Notes: generated from the sequence alone by a model not told the origin. A stretch of 63,271 bases of DNA, filler included, from Reclinomonas americana ATCC 50394 (GCA_048213135.1; 8 parts of 5 records of this genome joined end to end with filler, not necessarily neighbours in it), one strand, 5' to 3'. Positions 38,670 through 50,769 are shown, numbered from the whole stretch's first letter. Numbers and translations: made by a program.

Positions 38670-40872
38670 TCTCGCTTTCTTTCTTTCTTTCTTTCTTTCT
38701 CTTCTTCTTCTCTCTCTCTCTCTCTCTCTCTCCTATTNNNNNNNNNNNNNNNNNNNNNNNNNNNNNNNNNNNNNNNNNNNNNNNNNNNNNNNNNNNNNNN
38801 NNNNNNNNNNNNNNNNNNNNNNNNNNNNNNNNNNNNNNNNNNNNNNNNNNNNNNNNNNNNNNNNNNNNNNNNNNNNNNNNNNNNNNNNNNNNNNNNNNNN
38901 NNNNNNNNNNNNNNNNNNNNNNNNNNNNNNNNNNNNNNNNNNNNNNNNNNNNNNNNNNNNNNNNNNNNNNNNNNNNNNNNNNNNNNNNNNNNNNNNNNNN
39001 NNNNNNNNNNNNNNNNNNNNNNNNNNNNNNNNNNNNNNNNNNNNNNNNNNNNNNNNNNNNNNNNNNNNNNNNNNNNNNNNNNNNNNNNNNNNNNNNNNNN
39101 NNNNNNNNNNNNNNNNNNNNNNNNNNNNNNNNNNNNNNNNNNNNNNNNNNNNNNNNNNNNNNNNNNNNNNNNNNNNNNNNNNNNNNNNNNNNNNNNNNNN
39201 NNNNNNNNNNNNNNNNNNNNNNNNNNNNNNNNNNNNNNNNNNNNNNNNNNNNNNNNNNNNNNNNNNNNNNNNNNNNNNNNNNNNNNNNNNNNNNNNNNNN
39301 NNNNNNNNNNNNNNNNNNNNNNNNNNNNNNNNNNNNNNNNNNNNNNNNNNNNNNNNNNNNNNNNNNNNNNNNNNNNNNNNNNNNNNNNNNNNNNNNNNNN
39401 NNNNNNNNNNNNNNNNNNNNNNNNNNNNNNNNNNNNNNNNNNNNNNNNNNNNNNNNNNNNNNNNNNNNNNNNNNNNNNNNNNNNNNNNNNNNNNNNNNNN
39501 NNNNNNNNNNNNNNNNNNNNNNNNNNNNNNNNNNNNNNNNNNNNNNNNNNNNNNNNNNNNNNNNNNNNNNNNNNNNNNNNNNNNNNNNNNNNNNNNNNNN
39601 NNNNNNNNNNNNNNNNNNNNNNNNNNNNNNNNNNNNNTCTTCTTCTTCTTCTCTCTCTCTCTCTCTCTCTCTCCCATTTGCACCTGTCGCGAGGCCGCCG
39701 ACGCGGCTGTCTCTGTGGCCGTGGCCAGATGTGGTGCGCCGGAACCAGCCTTCAGGCACCAGCGCCGCTGCGCTTGATCGGCCGTGATCGTCAGGCATCC
39801 AAGAACGCCACTGTTCCGTTGGCGAGTCAGCGCCACACAACAAAAAGTCTTCATGACCCAGCGAGACGCAACTTGTCGCAGCCATACACCAACATCTTGT
39901 GCTTGATGCTCTCCGCGTCGGCGAATCCAGGCCCATCGTGCGACGGATCACGCGCCTCGTACAGCATCAACGACTCGACAGCACCCTGCGCCCAACAACC
40001 GCATTAGCCAACTTGTCAGTGACAGGCACTCTTGCCTCCGCGCACGCAACTTCCACGCCAATCTCATACACAGGCTCGGCACCCTGCAGAATGCGAATCA
40101 TGCGATCCTTGCAGCCGAGCGTCGGATTCATGCGGCCCGTGTTGACCACATCTCCAACAATCATATCACGAATGCCTTTGCCAAACAACACAATGAGCAC
40201 GAACAGATACAGGCTACCAGCAGCCAAGCAATACATAACGATCCGGTGCTACATAAAAGTGCTCCTCCTTCTCCTCCTTGAACTCGCGAAACATGTAGTC
40301 GCCCGAGGACCACAGTTGCGGGGGTGCGAGCACAATGAGCGACAGTGGCTCGACCACATCGACGGCCTCAAAGGCGAAGAACTCTTTGCCTTTCTTGGAG
40401 AGACCGCGGACTTGTTGCCCGGAGGAGTAGAAGAACTTGTCGCCGACACGACACACGCAGAGAATGGGCTTGGTGCCTGGAAGTGACTTGTAGGATGACT
40501 GATTGACAGTGATGAAAGTGTGAGTGGAAATGGAGAAAGAGGATGAGAGGAGGAGGTGAATGTAACTCGTATTCCTGTGCGTGGCATAGGGAGTGTGTGA
40601 GTGGCACAGTGAGACAAGTGAGTTGGTTTGATTTCGCGCGCGCGCAACTTCCTTTCTTCATACTGAATGTCTGCACAACGCCATCGCAATCGCCGACGAC
40701 CACCTGTGTGCTTATGTGTGTGTGAGAGAGAGAGACACACACAGAGAGAAGGCAAAGAGAAAGAGAGTGTGACCTTTTGTGTGGGTCTGCGGCCTGGAGG
40801 CATGACGACCATGGCGCGGCGGTTTGTGCAGCCCGCCGCGAGCATGTCGACGCGTCGAAAGGAGAGCTCCAT
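34598..40872 (-). CDS. BBS7: Bardet-Biedl syndrome 7 protein (BBSome subunit), about 13 introns including an 8-nt microexon
   Basis: Colinear matches to BBS7: TQK-VVVGDCDGVV, VRGLSKKGKEF, DGVRDLIIGRDNG-SLEVYSFD, STYSG, LLATYRC...RLEMRIRTVEG, KPLSLHTR, FSFNEIHSWV, LYIDKWKLKG. Confidence 0.96.
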
Positions 40873-41181
40873 GGTGTGATGAGGAGTCGAGAAAAGAACA
40901 CACACAGCGCGACACGGGCGGGCGCGATTGAAGTCAACGATCACTCCATCGGATCCATCGACACTTTTTTCCATCATTGTGCGAGAGAGGAAATGACGCA
41001 CAAACGCAGCGTGCGATGGTGCATTCGGCAGCGGTGTTATGGTAGTGGCGGGGTCATGTGCAACCACGCAGCGACGACACGGCAATCATCCGCGCTTTTG
41101 TTTTCGCGCCCACCGTCCATTCCATTCACCGATACTCTTTCTATCATTGTGCGAGAGAGGAAGACACAAACTCCACGAAAC

Positions 41182-44100
41182 ATGGAGCTCGGAAGCGATG
41201 GAGGCGGGAGTGTGCCGGCCGCAGTGGAGACAAGCAGTGGAGGCGATGAAAGCCGACGCGCGTTAATCATGGATGAGTTGTTGTCGTCAGTTGGCGCGTT
41301 GTTGTCACGACGATCGGCGACTGTGTGTGAGCTGCTCACCATCGCAGACGACGATCAGTGCCGCACATTGTGTTACAAAGGCACGTGCCCTCACTCACTC
41401 GCTCGCTCGCTCGGAAGTCGATGATGATGATTGACGATCAGACGCTGAAATGCATGTTTTTCCTCTCTTGATCGCCAGTTCTTGCCTATGTGGAGGTGCA
41501 GCGGAAGCGACCCTGGTCGCCTGCGCTGCTGTTGTGCGCAGAGGCGGAGCTAGTTGACGCCTTGCATCGCCTGGCCACGTCACTGCTGCAGTGTTTGCAG
41601 AGTGAGCTCGACAAGAGTCGCGTCCGCGCGCTGACCAATGCGTGGCTGACTATGCTGTCGGTGGTGCGTCGCTGGTGGTTCCGAGAGCGCGCGACTGAGG
41701 ATATGGTGTGCTCTGTATGTTGCGTCTCTCCTGGGAAAGCAATGGATGGTGGTGTGTGAGTGGCAGTTGGTGATGTCATGTACATGCGCGCAGATCGGGA
41801 GTTGCGGTGTCGTGATCGACCGCTGAGCGATCGGCGGGAGTGGCAGCTGCAGCGGCTGCTGAATGTGTTGCCTGCGGGCACGCGGGCGATGCTGCTTATG
41901 TCGCTGTCGTCGTCGTCGTCGGTTGCAAGAGACGATCGTGTGAATCTCGATTCCGAACACGAGGCGCCCTCGTCGTCATGTGGTTGCGTTGGTCGCTCTT
42001 GTGTTGTCCCTCGTGTTGCTTGTTGCTCACGTGCGCATGTGTGTGCATCAGTTCTGCTGTCGTCGTCGGCATCGTGCCCGTCGCTGCTTGATTTGCAGTC
42101 GCCGCACGTCGATCGGTGCCATCAGCCGAGACCCGTGTTGAGCACTGCGTGTCGTTGCGTTGCATGTGAGAGGCCCTGCATGCACGCGAGTCCTGACCTC
42201 CGTCGCCTTACCACAGCCTCCATTCGCTGGACAACACTCGGGTTCTCCACGCCTTCACCTCCGCCACTGCTGCTGTCGAACCACGATCAGTCGGTGCGCA
42301 CAAGCGCCGTCGGCAGCCGCATGGTCGTGTGCGGTGGTCCACTGTGCGTGTCGGCGGAGGTGGTGTACTTTGAGTTCCGCCTGCGCCTGCTGGTCGACGC
42401 CTGGCGCGCCAGCCAAGTCAAGATCGGTCTGTGCGACGTCGAGTGGGCGTCAACGATCCGCGAGGCGAAACTCGAGGCACCGTACGCATTCAGTTACTGC
42501 CCGCTGCGTCGATCGTCGGCCGATCCGTCGCTCGCAGTGGAGCCGGGTGCCTCGGTGCGACTCGGCCTCGCACTCGATCGCGTCACTGGTGCGTTGTGCA
42601 GGATATCGGCATCGATAGCTATGCAATGACTCACTGGCGCTGCTCTCACACAGGCTGCATGCTGGTGTGGAAGTCATCCAGCGACTCCACCATGCTACCC
42701 ACACGCTTCCGCGCCTCGCTGCTCAGCGTGTCTGGCACAGCGTGGCCGCAAGCCGCACAGATGCCTCGTCTTCGTCCGTTCGTGTTGCTGACGGATCCAC
42801 AAGTCGAAGCCACGATTGTCGATGCGGAGGCTTCGATGCCGTCAGATCTGCCAGAGGCAGTCGCCAAAGTACGCAAGCATCACGCTGTGCTTACGTGAGA
42901 GAAGGACAAGGAGAGAGAGAGAGAGAGAGGGTGGATATGTGAGCCAGACAATTGCCAATGTAAAGAAAGATCGCTGAAAGCAACAGCTTCCCGACACTGT
43001 TCTCCTTTTGTCTGGCTCATTCTCACACAGCAGCATCACGAAGTATCCGGCGGACGATATCTAGCGACGGGACAGACACGTTCGTTTGACAGGTTTATCT
43101 TCTCTCACACACATACGACACATGGCCTCTGCAGCTGAAGCCTCAGTGCGAGAAACACTCGCAGCAGTGCTGGAGGCTGTCACCAGTGGCAACGCCTCTG
43201 AGAAGGAGATCAAAGCACAAGTCCATCGCGCAGCACATGCTCGTTGCGTCCCCCCACTGACTGCCTCCTCCTCCACCCTGCTCCTCTCTCACACACACAG
43301 TCTCTCAGTCAACACATACCTGGCGCACTGGGACGTGGAGCACCAGACACCACCTCCCGAGTACGAGGATCACGCGGGAGAGATCCGCAACAGCACTGAG
43401 CGACTGATTCGCGAGGCACCGCGGCAAGGCGGGCGCGAAGTCAGCAACTCGGACGAGTTCTCGGAGCTCAAGGACGTGCATCGGAGACTGGCTAGCAAGC
43501 GCAACAGTCTGACGTCGACCGCAGGCAGCATGTCGTCCTGGGTGCATGTCGAGCGGAGGTCTGTGTCGCCGACACGGACGGTGGACTCGGGAGCGGCGAG
43601 TGGAAGCAGTCCGTCGAGGGCATCTGCTGCTGCTGCTGCTGCTCCTCCAATGCCTGCATCACCTGCTCGTTCGACCGGGCTGGCCTCGTCTGCCATTGAC
43701 TCGGTGGCGTCCATTGTCGGCCATGTGGTGCCTCCTTCTGCTGCTGCCGATGGTGATGGACAGGCACTGTGTGTGGAGACTCGTTGCGTCGTTGTTGCTC
43801 CTTGCTCTTCTCCCACGCGTCGCTCAATGTCGTCGTCAACAGCGGAGCTCGAGTGGCGCGTCACGGACCCGCTGGATCGGCAGAATCTGGTGGTGCGTGC
43901 CGGTGGCGAGGAGGTGGTGTCGCCGGACTTTTGCCAGCGCATCGCGCTGGCCATGCCGAGGGGCACGTGGGCGCCGACAGAGTCGTCGATTCTCTACTTT
44001 GAGATCATGCTCGGTATGAGCGCGCGGCCGTTTGGCGACGAGGATACGCTGGCCATGAACAGTGTTCGTGTTGGCCTGCGTGACCCCGATGTGCCGTCGG

Positions 44101-45433
44101 TCACCTACAGCGACCGCGATTCGTGCATGGTGTCGCCGCTGCTGGGCGACAAGGTTGACCAGCGGCTCAATGATCATTTGGGGGTGTCGGTGCACCACGC
44201 GTCGGGTGAGGGAATAGGGAAAGGGCATAGAGGGGAAGGGGGGGGACAAGAGGAGAAGGGGGAGACAGAGGAGAAGGGGGAGGGGAAGAGAGGGGAAGGG
44301 GAAAGGAGAAGGGGATGAGAGAGGGAATGCGCAGCAGAGTCTTTTGTTCTTCTTCCGTTACTCCCTAGCTGTGTGATGTCTTTTCTGGCGTGTGGATAGT
44401 GGTTGCGGCGAGAGAACGGGCAGGGAAGAATGTGTGTTGTAAGAGTATTGCTCGTCCTTCCTCGGTGTGCATCTTGTGATTGGTTGTGTGGCGGGAGGAG
44501 AGCGTACAGAGGGCTGTCTTTTGTGTTGGCTCCCTTGTCTGTGTGGCCGTCATTTCGCTGCACTTCGTGTGGAGGATTCGCTGAAGAGAGGAGAGGAGGG
44601 ATGGCAGTTGTTTCTTCATCTCCTCTGTTCTTGCGATGCGTTTGAGAGCACGGCGAGTGGGCGTGCTGTCAGACGCACATGTCTCTCTCTTCTTGTCTGT
44701 TCGTGCTTCTGTTTGTGGTGGTTCGTGTGATGAATTGCGTGAAGAGAAAGAGAGAGGGCGAGAGTGTCTGTTGTTCCTTCCATCTCATCTTCCCTTGCAA
44801 ATAAGTAAGATGCACGGTGGGAGAGTGCACGACTGCAGTCAGACTCTTTTATCTTGCCGAACTTGTCTTCTTGGTTCTGTTGTTCACTGCTCTGTCTCCT
44901 GCTCTCCCTTTCATGAAACCTGTTGTGGATAGTGGTGTGCAGGAGAGAGGTGCACGGCGAGCTCGAGGGAGTCTGTTGTCAGACTCGGAGTCCCGTATTT
45001 CTTGTTGTCTGCTTGCAATATGAGGCTTGGCCAAACTCGGCTCTTCTGGGTCTCTGCTCCCTTTCTCTTTCTCTGTCTCTCTCTTCCCTTCTCCTCTTTT
45101 TCTTGAGACGTTTGTTGCCGAACTCATCCTGTCTTGCTCTCCTGTCCTTCTTCCTCTCTCTCGAAAGTTGCTTCCTCCTTCTCCTTGCGTCTGCTCACTC
45201 ATTCCCTCATCGCAGGCACGGTGCTCCTGTGGCCGAACCGCCTCGCGCAGCCAAACGGCAAACCGAAGCTGGTGAAGCGCAACCCCAACGTCGGCACGAT
45301 GGACAAGCCATTCATGCCGGCCGTGCGCCTGACGTCGCCCATGCAAGTGGCCACCATCATCAACAACCCACAAGTGCCCAGCACGCTCCTCAAGTACATG
45401 GAGCAGCAAATCAGCAGCGCATCCGCGGTATAA
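41182..45433 (+). CDS. Protein with two divergent SPRY/B30.2-like domains (may be two genes split near 42.9-43.1 kb)
   Basis: VYFEFRL...VKIGLC...VRLGLALDRVTG...LRPFVLL and LYFEIML...VRVGL...DHLGVSVHHASG-TVLLW...FMPAVRL follow the SPRY strand pattern. Confidence 0.55.
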
Positions 45434-45886
45434 GATCAATAATCGTCAATGAAGCAGCTCTGTTATCGCGAGAACCCGCGGTTGGATGTGCCGTGCACCA
45501 CGACCGCAGAAACCATATCGATATCGCTCGTGCAAGTGCGTCAAATTCACTGCTCTTCCACGCTGTTCCGCGTTCGATGCAGATCGCTGGTCTCGACTAA
45601 TCACTAGTAACGACGCCCCCACTGCTTCACGGATCCGGACTCCGCTTTCGCCTGGCTTCGGCCTTCTCCCGAGATTGGAATTGCCGTGTTCAAAGCAATT
45701 GCAATTGTGCATGAACTAAATCCGCTTCTGTGATGCAGATCGCAGTTCTCGACTTGTTGAAAGGTCCGAAAATGATCCTACCACTCTGCCTAGGCTATAG
45801 TTGGACTTTATTAAGCCAGGTGAGGTGACAGACGATTTCCGGCGAAACACGACAACTTCGGACATTAACCTATCGCGCGAGGAGAC

Positions 45887-47909
45887 ATGCTTCTCACGCG
45901 ACTCAGAGCATTCAGTGAGGCATTGGAGGCCATGCGCGCAGAGGCAGATCTGGAGGTGATCAGAGAGGAGTCAGAGTGGCTGATCCAGCAAGGTCTTCCA
46001 CAAGATCACTCGCTGTCACTTGTTGTTGTCTGCTCACACACCCTCTCGCACAGTCACTGTGGAGGTTGAGCAGCTACACTCAGGCTATCCCTCGCCTCTT
46101 CTGGTGGTCGAGGCCGAGGCAGTGCTTTCGGTCATGGGAAGAGTGGCGAGGGAGGTGCATGCGAGGGGTGCGGTGGTGTTTCCGCGCGGAGGCGACTGGC
46201 TGCGTGCGTTCAAGAACCTCAGTGCGCGCTGGGCGGGGTTTGTGGCGTCGCCTGTCGCTGTGCAGCAGTGTTGTTGCGTGGGGAAAACGGGGAGGAGAAG
46301 GGAGAAGGGGAGGAAAGGGACAAGAAAGGAGAGGGCAGATCAGGATCCATTCTCGTTGAGCTACAGGGGAGGTAATTGTGAGCATAGAGGAGAGGCGAGA
46401 ATGAGACAGTGAGTGGAGGACAGAAGGGGGAAGGGAGGATGATGAGCAGGGACAGGCTTAAAGTTAAAGGAAAATTGAAGGATGAGGGCAAGTTGTTCTC
46501 GTTGAGCAGCAGGGGAGGTGTAGTGAGCAGAGAGGAGAGTCCGGAATGAGGCAGTGAGTGGAGGAGAGAAGGCGGGAGGGAGGAGGATGAGCAGGGACAG
46601 GCTTAAAGTTAAAGAAATTGAAGGATGAGGGCCAGCTGTTCTCGTTGAGCTGCAGGGGAGGTAATAGTGGCAGAGAGGAGAGGCGAGAATGAGGCTGTGA
46701 GTGGAGGAGAGAAGGCGGGAGGGAGGAGGGGAGAAGGGAGGAGGGTGAGCAGGGACAACAAGGATGAATGGAAATTGAAGGAAGGCCAGTTGTGGGGAGG
46801 TCATGTGACTTTGGTGTAACGGAGGGTGGGAGCTTCCGGAAGGAATGCAGGGAAGGAGTGTGGAGGGAATAGGGAACAGAGCATGAGGCACTGAGAGAAT
46901 TCAGAGCAACAGATGGGAAGGATAGAAGTGAAGAGAAAGGAACAAGAAGAGTTCTCCTTGTCACGTCGGTGTTGCTCCGTGAATTCCTTTCTCATCCCCT
47001 TCTGTTATCCCCTTGAGCTTCCTTACCGGCTCTCCTCCCTTCTCTCTCAGTTCCTCGCGTTCTTAAGGGGAGAGACACCAGGGTTGCCTGAGCTTGAGGG
47101 CCTCAGAGTTCCGGTCTCATTCCCCTCCTTTCCCTACACAGTGAAGCACCTGGTGAGAAGGAGACGCGGACACGATGCGCATGGGAGTGGCGACGACGAT
47201 GGCGATGACGGAGAGCTCTCAGCGGCGGTGCAGTGCTTGCAGGGCCGCGTGCAGGAGCTGGTGACTGACGGTGTGTTGGTGGCACTCCGACCTCGTTCAC
47301 AGCACTCGTTTTCCTGACTCGAGCTGTCGCAGCATCGTTCCGGTGGTGCGTCGAGTCGATGGCAGACGTGGAGCACTCGGACTCATCGGTGTGGATACGG
47401 CGCGCCGGCCCAGACACGTGCGTGGTCAAGTGCCGTGGCGCGCGGGGGCTGACCGAGAGGCCCGTGTATCTGTCGTTTCTGGTCGAGTGTACCGTGCTGG
47501 CGGTGGATGCGGCCGCCAGTCCGCGCTTCGCCGTGGGCGTGAGAGAGGACTCGCACGACTCGTCGACCATGGATCGCGCCACGGCGCGGTACGTCAAGCC
47601 GTTTGTGCAAGAGTCTGGCATTGCGTTTTCGTTTGGCGATACCCTCGGCCTCACGCTGAATCGAACCACCGGTCTGTCTTCTGTTTCCGTCGCTGTCAAC
47701 CATCTCTGCTCACTCGTGTTGCGCACACAACAGGCGACGTATTTGTGTGGTCGTCAAGGCAGCAAGAGGCACGCCGGCTCAGCTGCGACTTGCCACCGCT
47801 CGAGAACCCGGTGGCATTTGTGCGCCTCACTCCCGGCATTCGCGTCACCCTGCAGCCGCACGCACCAGTGCCGGCCGACTGCGTGAAGCGCATGTATGGT
47901 TCTGGCTAG
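45887..47909 (+). CDS. Protein with a C-terminal divergent SPRY-like domain (some splice sites unresolved)
   Basis: CRGARGL...FAVGV...FSFGDTLGLTLNRTTG-DVFVW...PVAFVRL; stop at 47907-47909. Confidence 0.55.
46348..46790 (+). repeat. Intronic tandem repeat, 3 copies of about 145 bp
   Basis: ttctcgttgagc..caggggagg...gagcagggaca...gaaattgaagga starts at about 46350, 46496 and 46639. Confidence 0.9.
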
Positions 47910-48024
47910 CGAGAGAGAGAGGGAGAAGAGAACAATACTAGGAATAAAGAAGTACATGTTATACAAGGCAGGTGGTTTTACAACAGAAATTTTTCACAAT
48001 TGCGGCGGCGGCGGCGGAGCATAC

Positions 48025-49582
48025 TCACGCCGCACCACCTCCGACTCCTCCATGGCGCGACAGCCGAGCCACACGACCCGCACCGACACTGCCTGTGACG
48101 GCACTCGACGACAGCAGCGATGAGGAGGAGCGAGGGGGCATGGTCGTCATGGTGGAAGAGCGCGTCATGACGGTTCGGCCACTGCTCGCCGTGGTGGTGG
48201 TGGTGGTGGTCGACGCAATGCTGCTCGTCCGCGACAAGTGGCGCACGGTGCCACTGGATGCCACCTGCGGCTGCGACGACGACGACATCATGTCACCGAG
48301 TCGCGGTGCGCGACGCACATGCGACGCGAGTGTCGACGGAACCGCGCGTGTGGAGCCCGTGGCGGCCGCCAGACCCGGCGACGACATACGGCGCGACTGG
48401 CCGGCACCGCGACTCTCGCTACGTGGCGCCGATGACGACGAAAGCGGAACAGAGCCAGCAGGCCGAATGCTCGCAGAGGGCGAGGCGCCGGCGATTGATG
48501 ATCGGCTGACGGGGCGGAAGGGATCGGCCATGCCCGTTGGCAGCGGGGCCACACTGCGAGTGGTCGTCAGAGAGAATGGCAAAGGAGGGGGGAAAGAAGA
48601 TGGGAGACAGAGGGGGGTGTACCGTTGTTGGCGATTTGGGGACGGGCGACGCACAGGCGCCGGGGCAGTGGAATCAAAGGCTGCGTTGGGGGGAGTGAGA
48701 TTGTGAGAGAAAGAAACTCTTTCAAAGTATAAATCCACAAACCTGCCATGAGCGACGAGGCCGCGGCCGCAGCCGACGACGTGGCCGAGCGGAAGGAGCG
48801 CGGAGCAGCGCTCGCCTGGCGCGGCAACGACTCACTCAACTCGGCGACATTGCCGCTGCTGCGCAGGTCACCCAGCGACTGTGTCGACGAGCGAAGCGGC
48901 GAGCTGCGACGGCGACTGGGAGCCGCGGAGACGGATGCCGCCAGCGCTGCGCCAGCGAGTTCGGTGGAGCGAGCCACCGCCGACGACAGGCGCTGCCGTG
49001 TAATCGAGGAGGAGGCCGCAGATGGAGGTCGCATGAGTGGAGGTGGAGGCGGGGGTGAGGGCGGGGATGACGACGAGGCTGATGAGGAGGGTGCGGGCTG
49101 TCGCGGTAGCGGCGCTCGCGAGACAGGCTGCTCTTGCTGGTTGCCCAGCACATTGGCTCGCGCACTGGCAAAGTTTGAGGAGGAGGACGGTCGCCACAGT
49201 CCACGCGACGACGGTGCACGACCGCTGTTGCCACCACCACCACCACCACTACCGCTTGCGCCGCTGCTGAAAGCCAGCGGAGGAGGTGGGGGTGGAGAGG
49301 GAGGAACCAGCTGGTCGACCTGAGCGAGACGACGAAAACAGAGGGGGGTGATGCACGGCAACGGTAGTGAGGCGCATGCGGCACTCACAGGCAGCAGTGG
49401 CTGGGGTGGCGGCAGTGGTCGGAGTGCGGCCGACAGGGGTCGTGAGCGGGCCGGCGCCGGCGACTCTGGTGGCATCGACGATGCGGTGGTGCTTGTCGCT
49501 CCGCGGCCCTCCTCGGCCAGTGCATCGCGGACGTCGTTTCGGCAGAGAGGGCACTGGGCGCTGGTTTTGAACCAGGTGCGAA
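48025..49582 (-). CDS. Ser/Ala/Pro-rich low-complexity protein, 3' part
   Basis: Long GC-rich ORF segments separated by short pyrimidine-rich introns; no recognisable domain. Confidence 0.55.
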
Positions 49583-49908
49583 NNNNNNNNNNNNNNNNNN
49601 NNNNNNNNNNNNNNNNNNNNNNNNNNTTAATTAATTAANNNNNNNNNNNNNNNNNNNNNNNNNNNNNNNNNNNNNNNNNNNNCCGAACGTTTACTACGCA
49701 CTGCACTCTCTCTCTCTCTCCTCCTCCCTCCTCTCCTCCTCTCTCTCTCTCCCTCCTCTCTCTCTCCCTCCCTCTCTCCCTCTCTTTCACACACACACCT
49801 ACCTCCACAATCCCTGTGCAAGAGAATCAGAAGCGGAAACCTCGCAGAAGAGACAAGTCGGAGACTGTCGGAGATTGATTGCTCTCTCACCGTTGGCGCT
49901 GCTTGCAG

Positions 49909-50657
49909 GTCGGAGTTCTCGACATTGATGTGTGCGGCCCGTCCATCCCAAAGATCCTCGGCCTCGAGGGCCACTCGGTGCATCAGTGCTCCGATGGGTG
50001 CGCGTTGCTTCTTCTGTTGTCTTGCCTTTCCTCTGCGTCTGATGTCGCGACAGGTGGGTGCCTGTGTATGCCGACGCCAGCAAACGCTTGCGCGTGATGA
50101 GCATTGGCTTTCTGCTGGCGAGTCCCGACGATGCGGTGGTGTGGCGTGGACCGCGCAAGACCGCCATGATTCGTCAGTTTATTGAGGATGTGCACTGGGG
50201 CGACGATGTCGACTATCTGCTGGTGGACACGCCGCCGGGCACCTCTGACGAGCACATCACTATTGTGGAGATGCTGCAGGAGGTGCCGAACGCCGGTGCG
50301 GTGATTGTGACCACGCCGCAGGGTGTGTCGCTCAGCGACGTGCGCAAGGAGATCACGTTCTGCCGGCGCGTGGAGTTGCCGGTGCTTGGCCTGGTGGAGA
50401 ACATGAGTGGATTTGTGTGCCCGCACTGCGCCGAGTGCACCGACATTTTCATGAGTGGCGGCGGTCGGGAGCTGGCCACCGCCTGCAGCATCCCGCTGCT
50501 CGGACAGGTGCCCATTGACCCGCAACTGTCGGCTGCCGAGGACGCCGGCGAGGATTTTATCAGCAACTTTCCCGATACGCCAACAGGCAGGGCACTGGCG
50601 GCCGTGGTGAGTGCCCTCGAGCGGGAGGTGGAGGAGAGAAGGATAACGCCAAAGTAA
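49909..50657 (+). CDS. NUBP2: Cytosolic Fe-S cluster assembly factor NUBP2/CFD1, 5'-truncated; exons 49909-49997, 50054-50657
   Basis: [66 protein letters not shown]. The HQC and CPHC.EC motifs favour Cfd1 over Nbp35. Confidence 0.88.
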
Positions 50658-50769
50658 ATAGAAGGGGGAAGTGCGATGCTCTCGGTCGTTCAAGAAGGGA
50701 TGCGAACTGTGGGTGGGACACGTGGAACGCTTTACTTTGAAGAGATGCGACCGACAACAACGGACAGCC

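Noticed and set aside
41372..41478. GC-AG intron (G|GCACGT at 41381)
   Set aside because: An in-phase T|GTTACA donor at 41372 explains the junction equally well; it cannot be resolved without cDNA.
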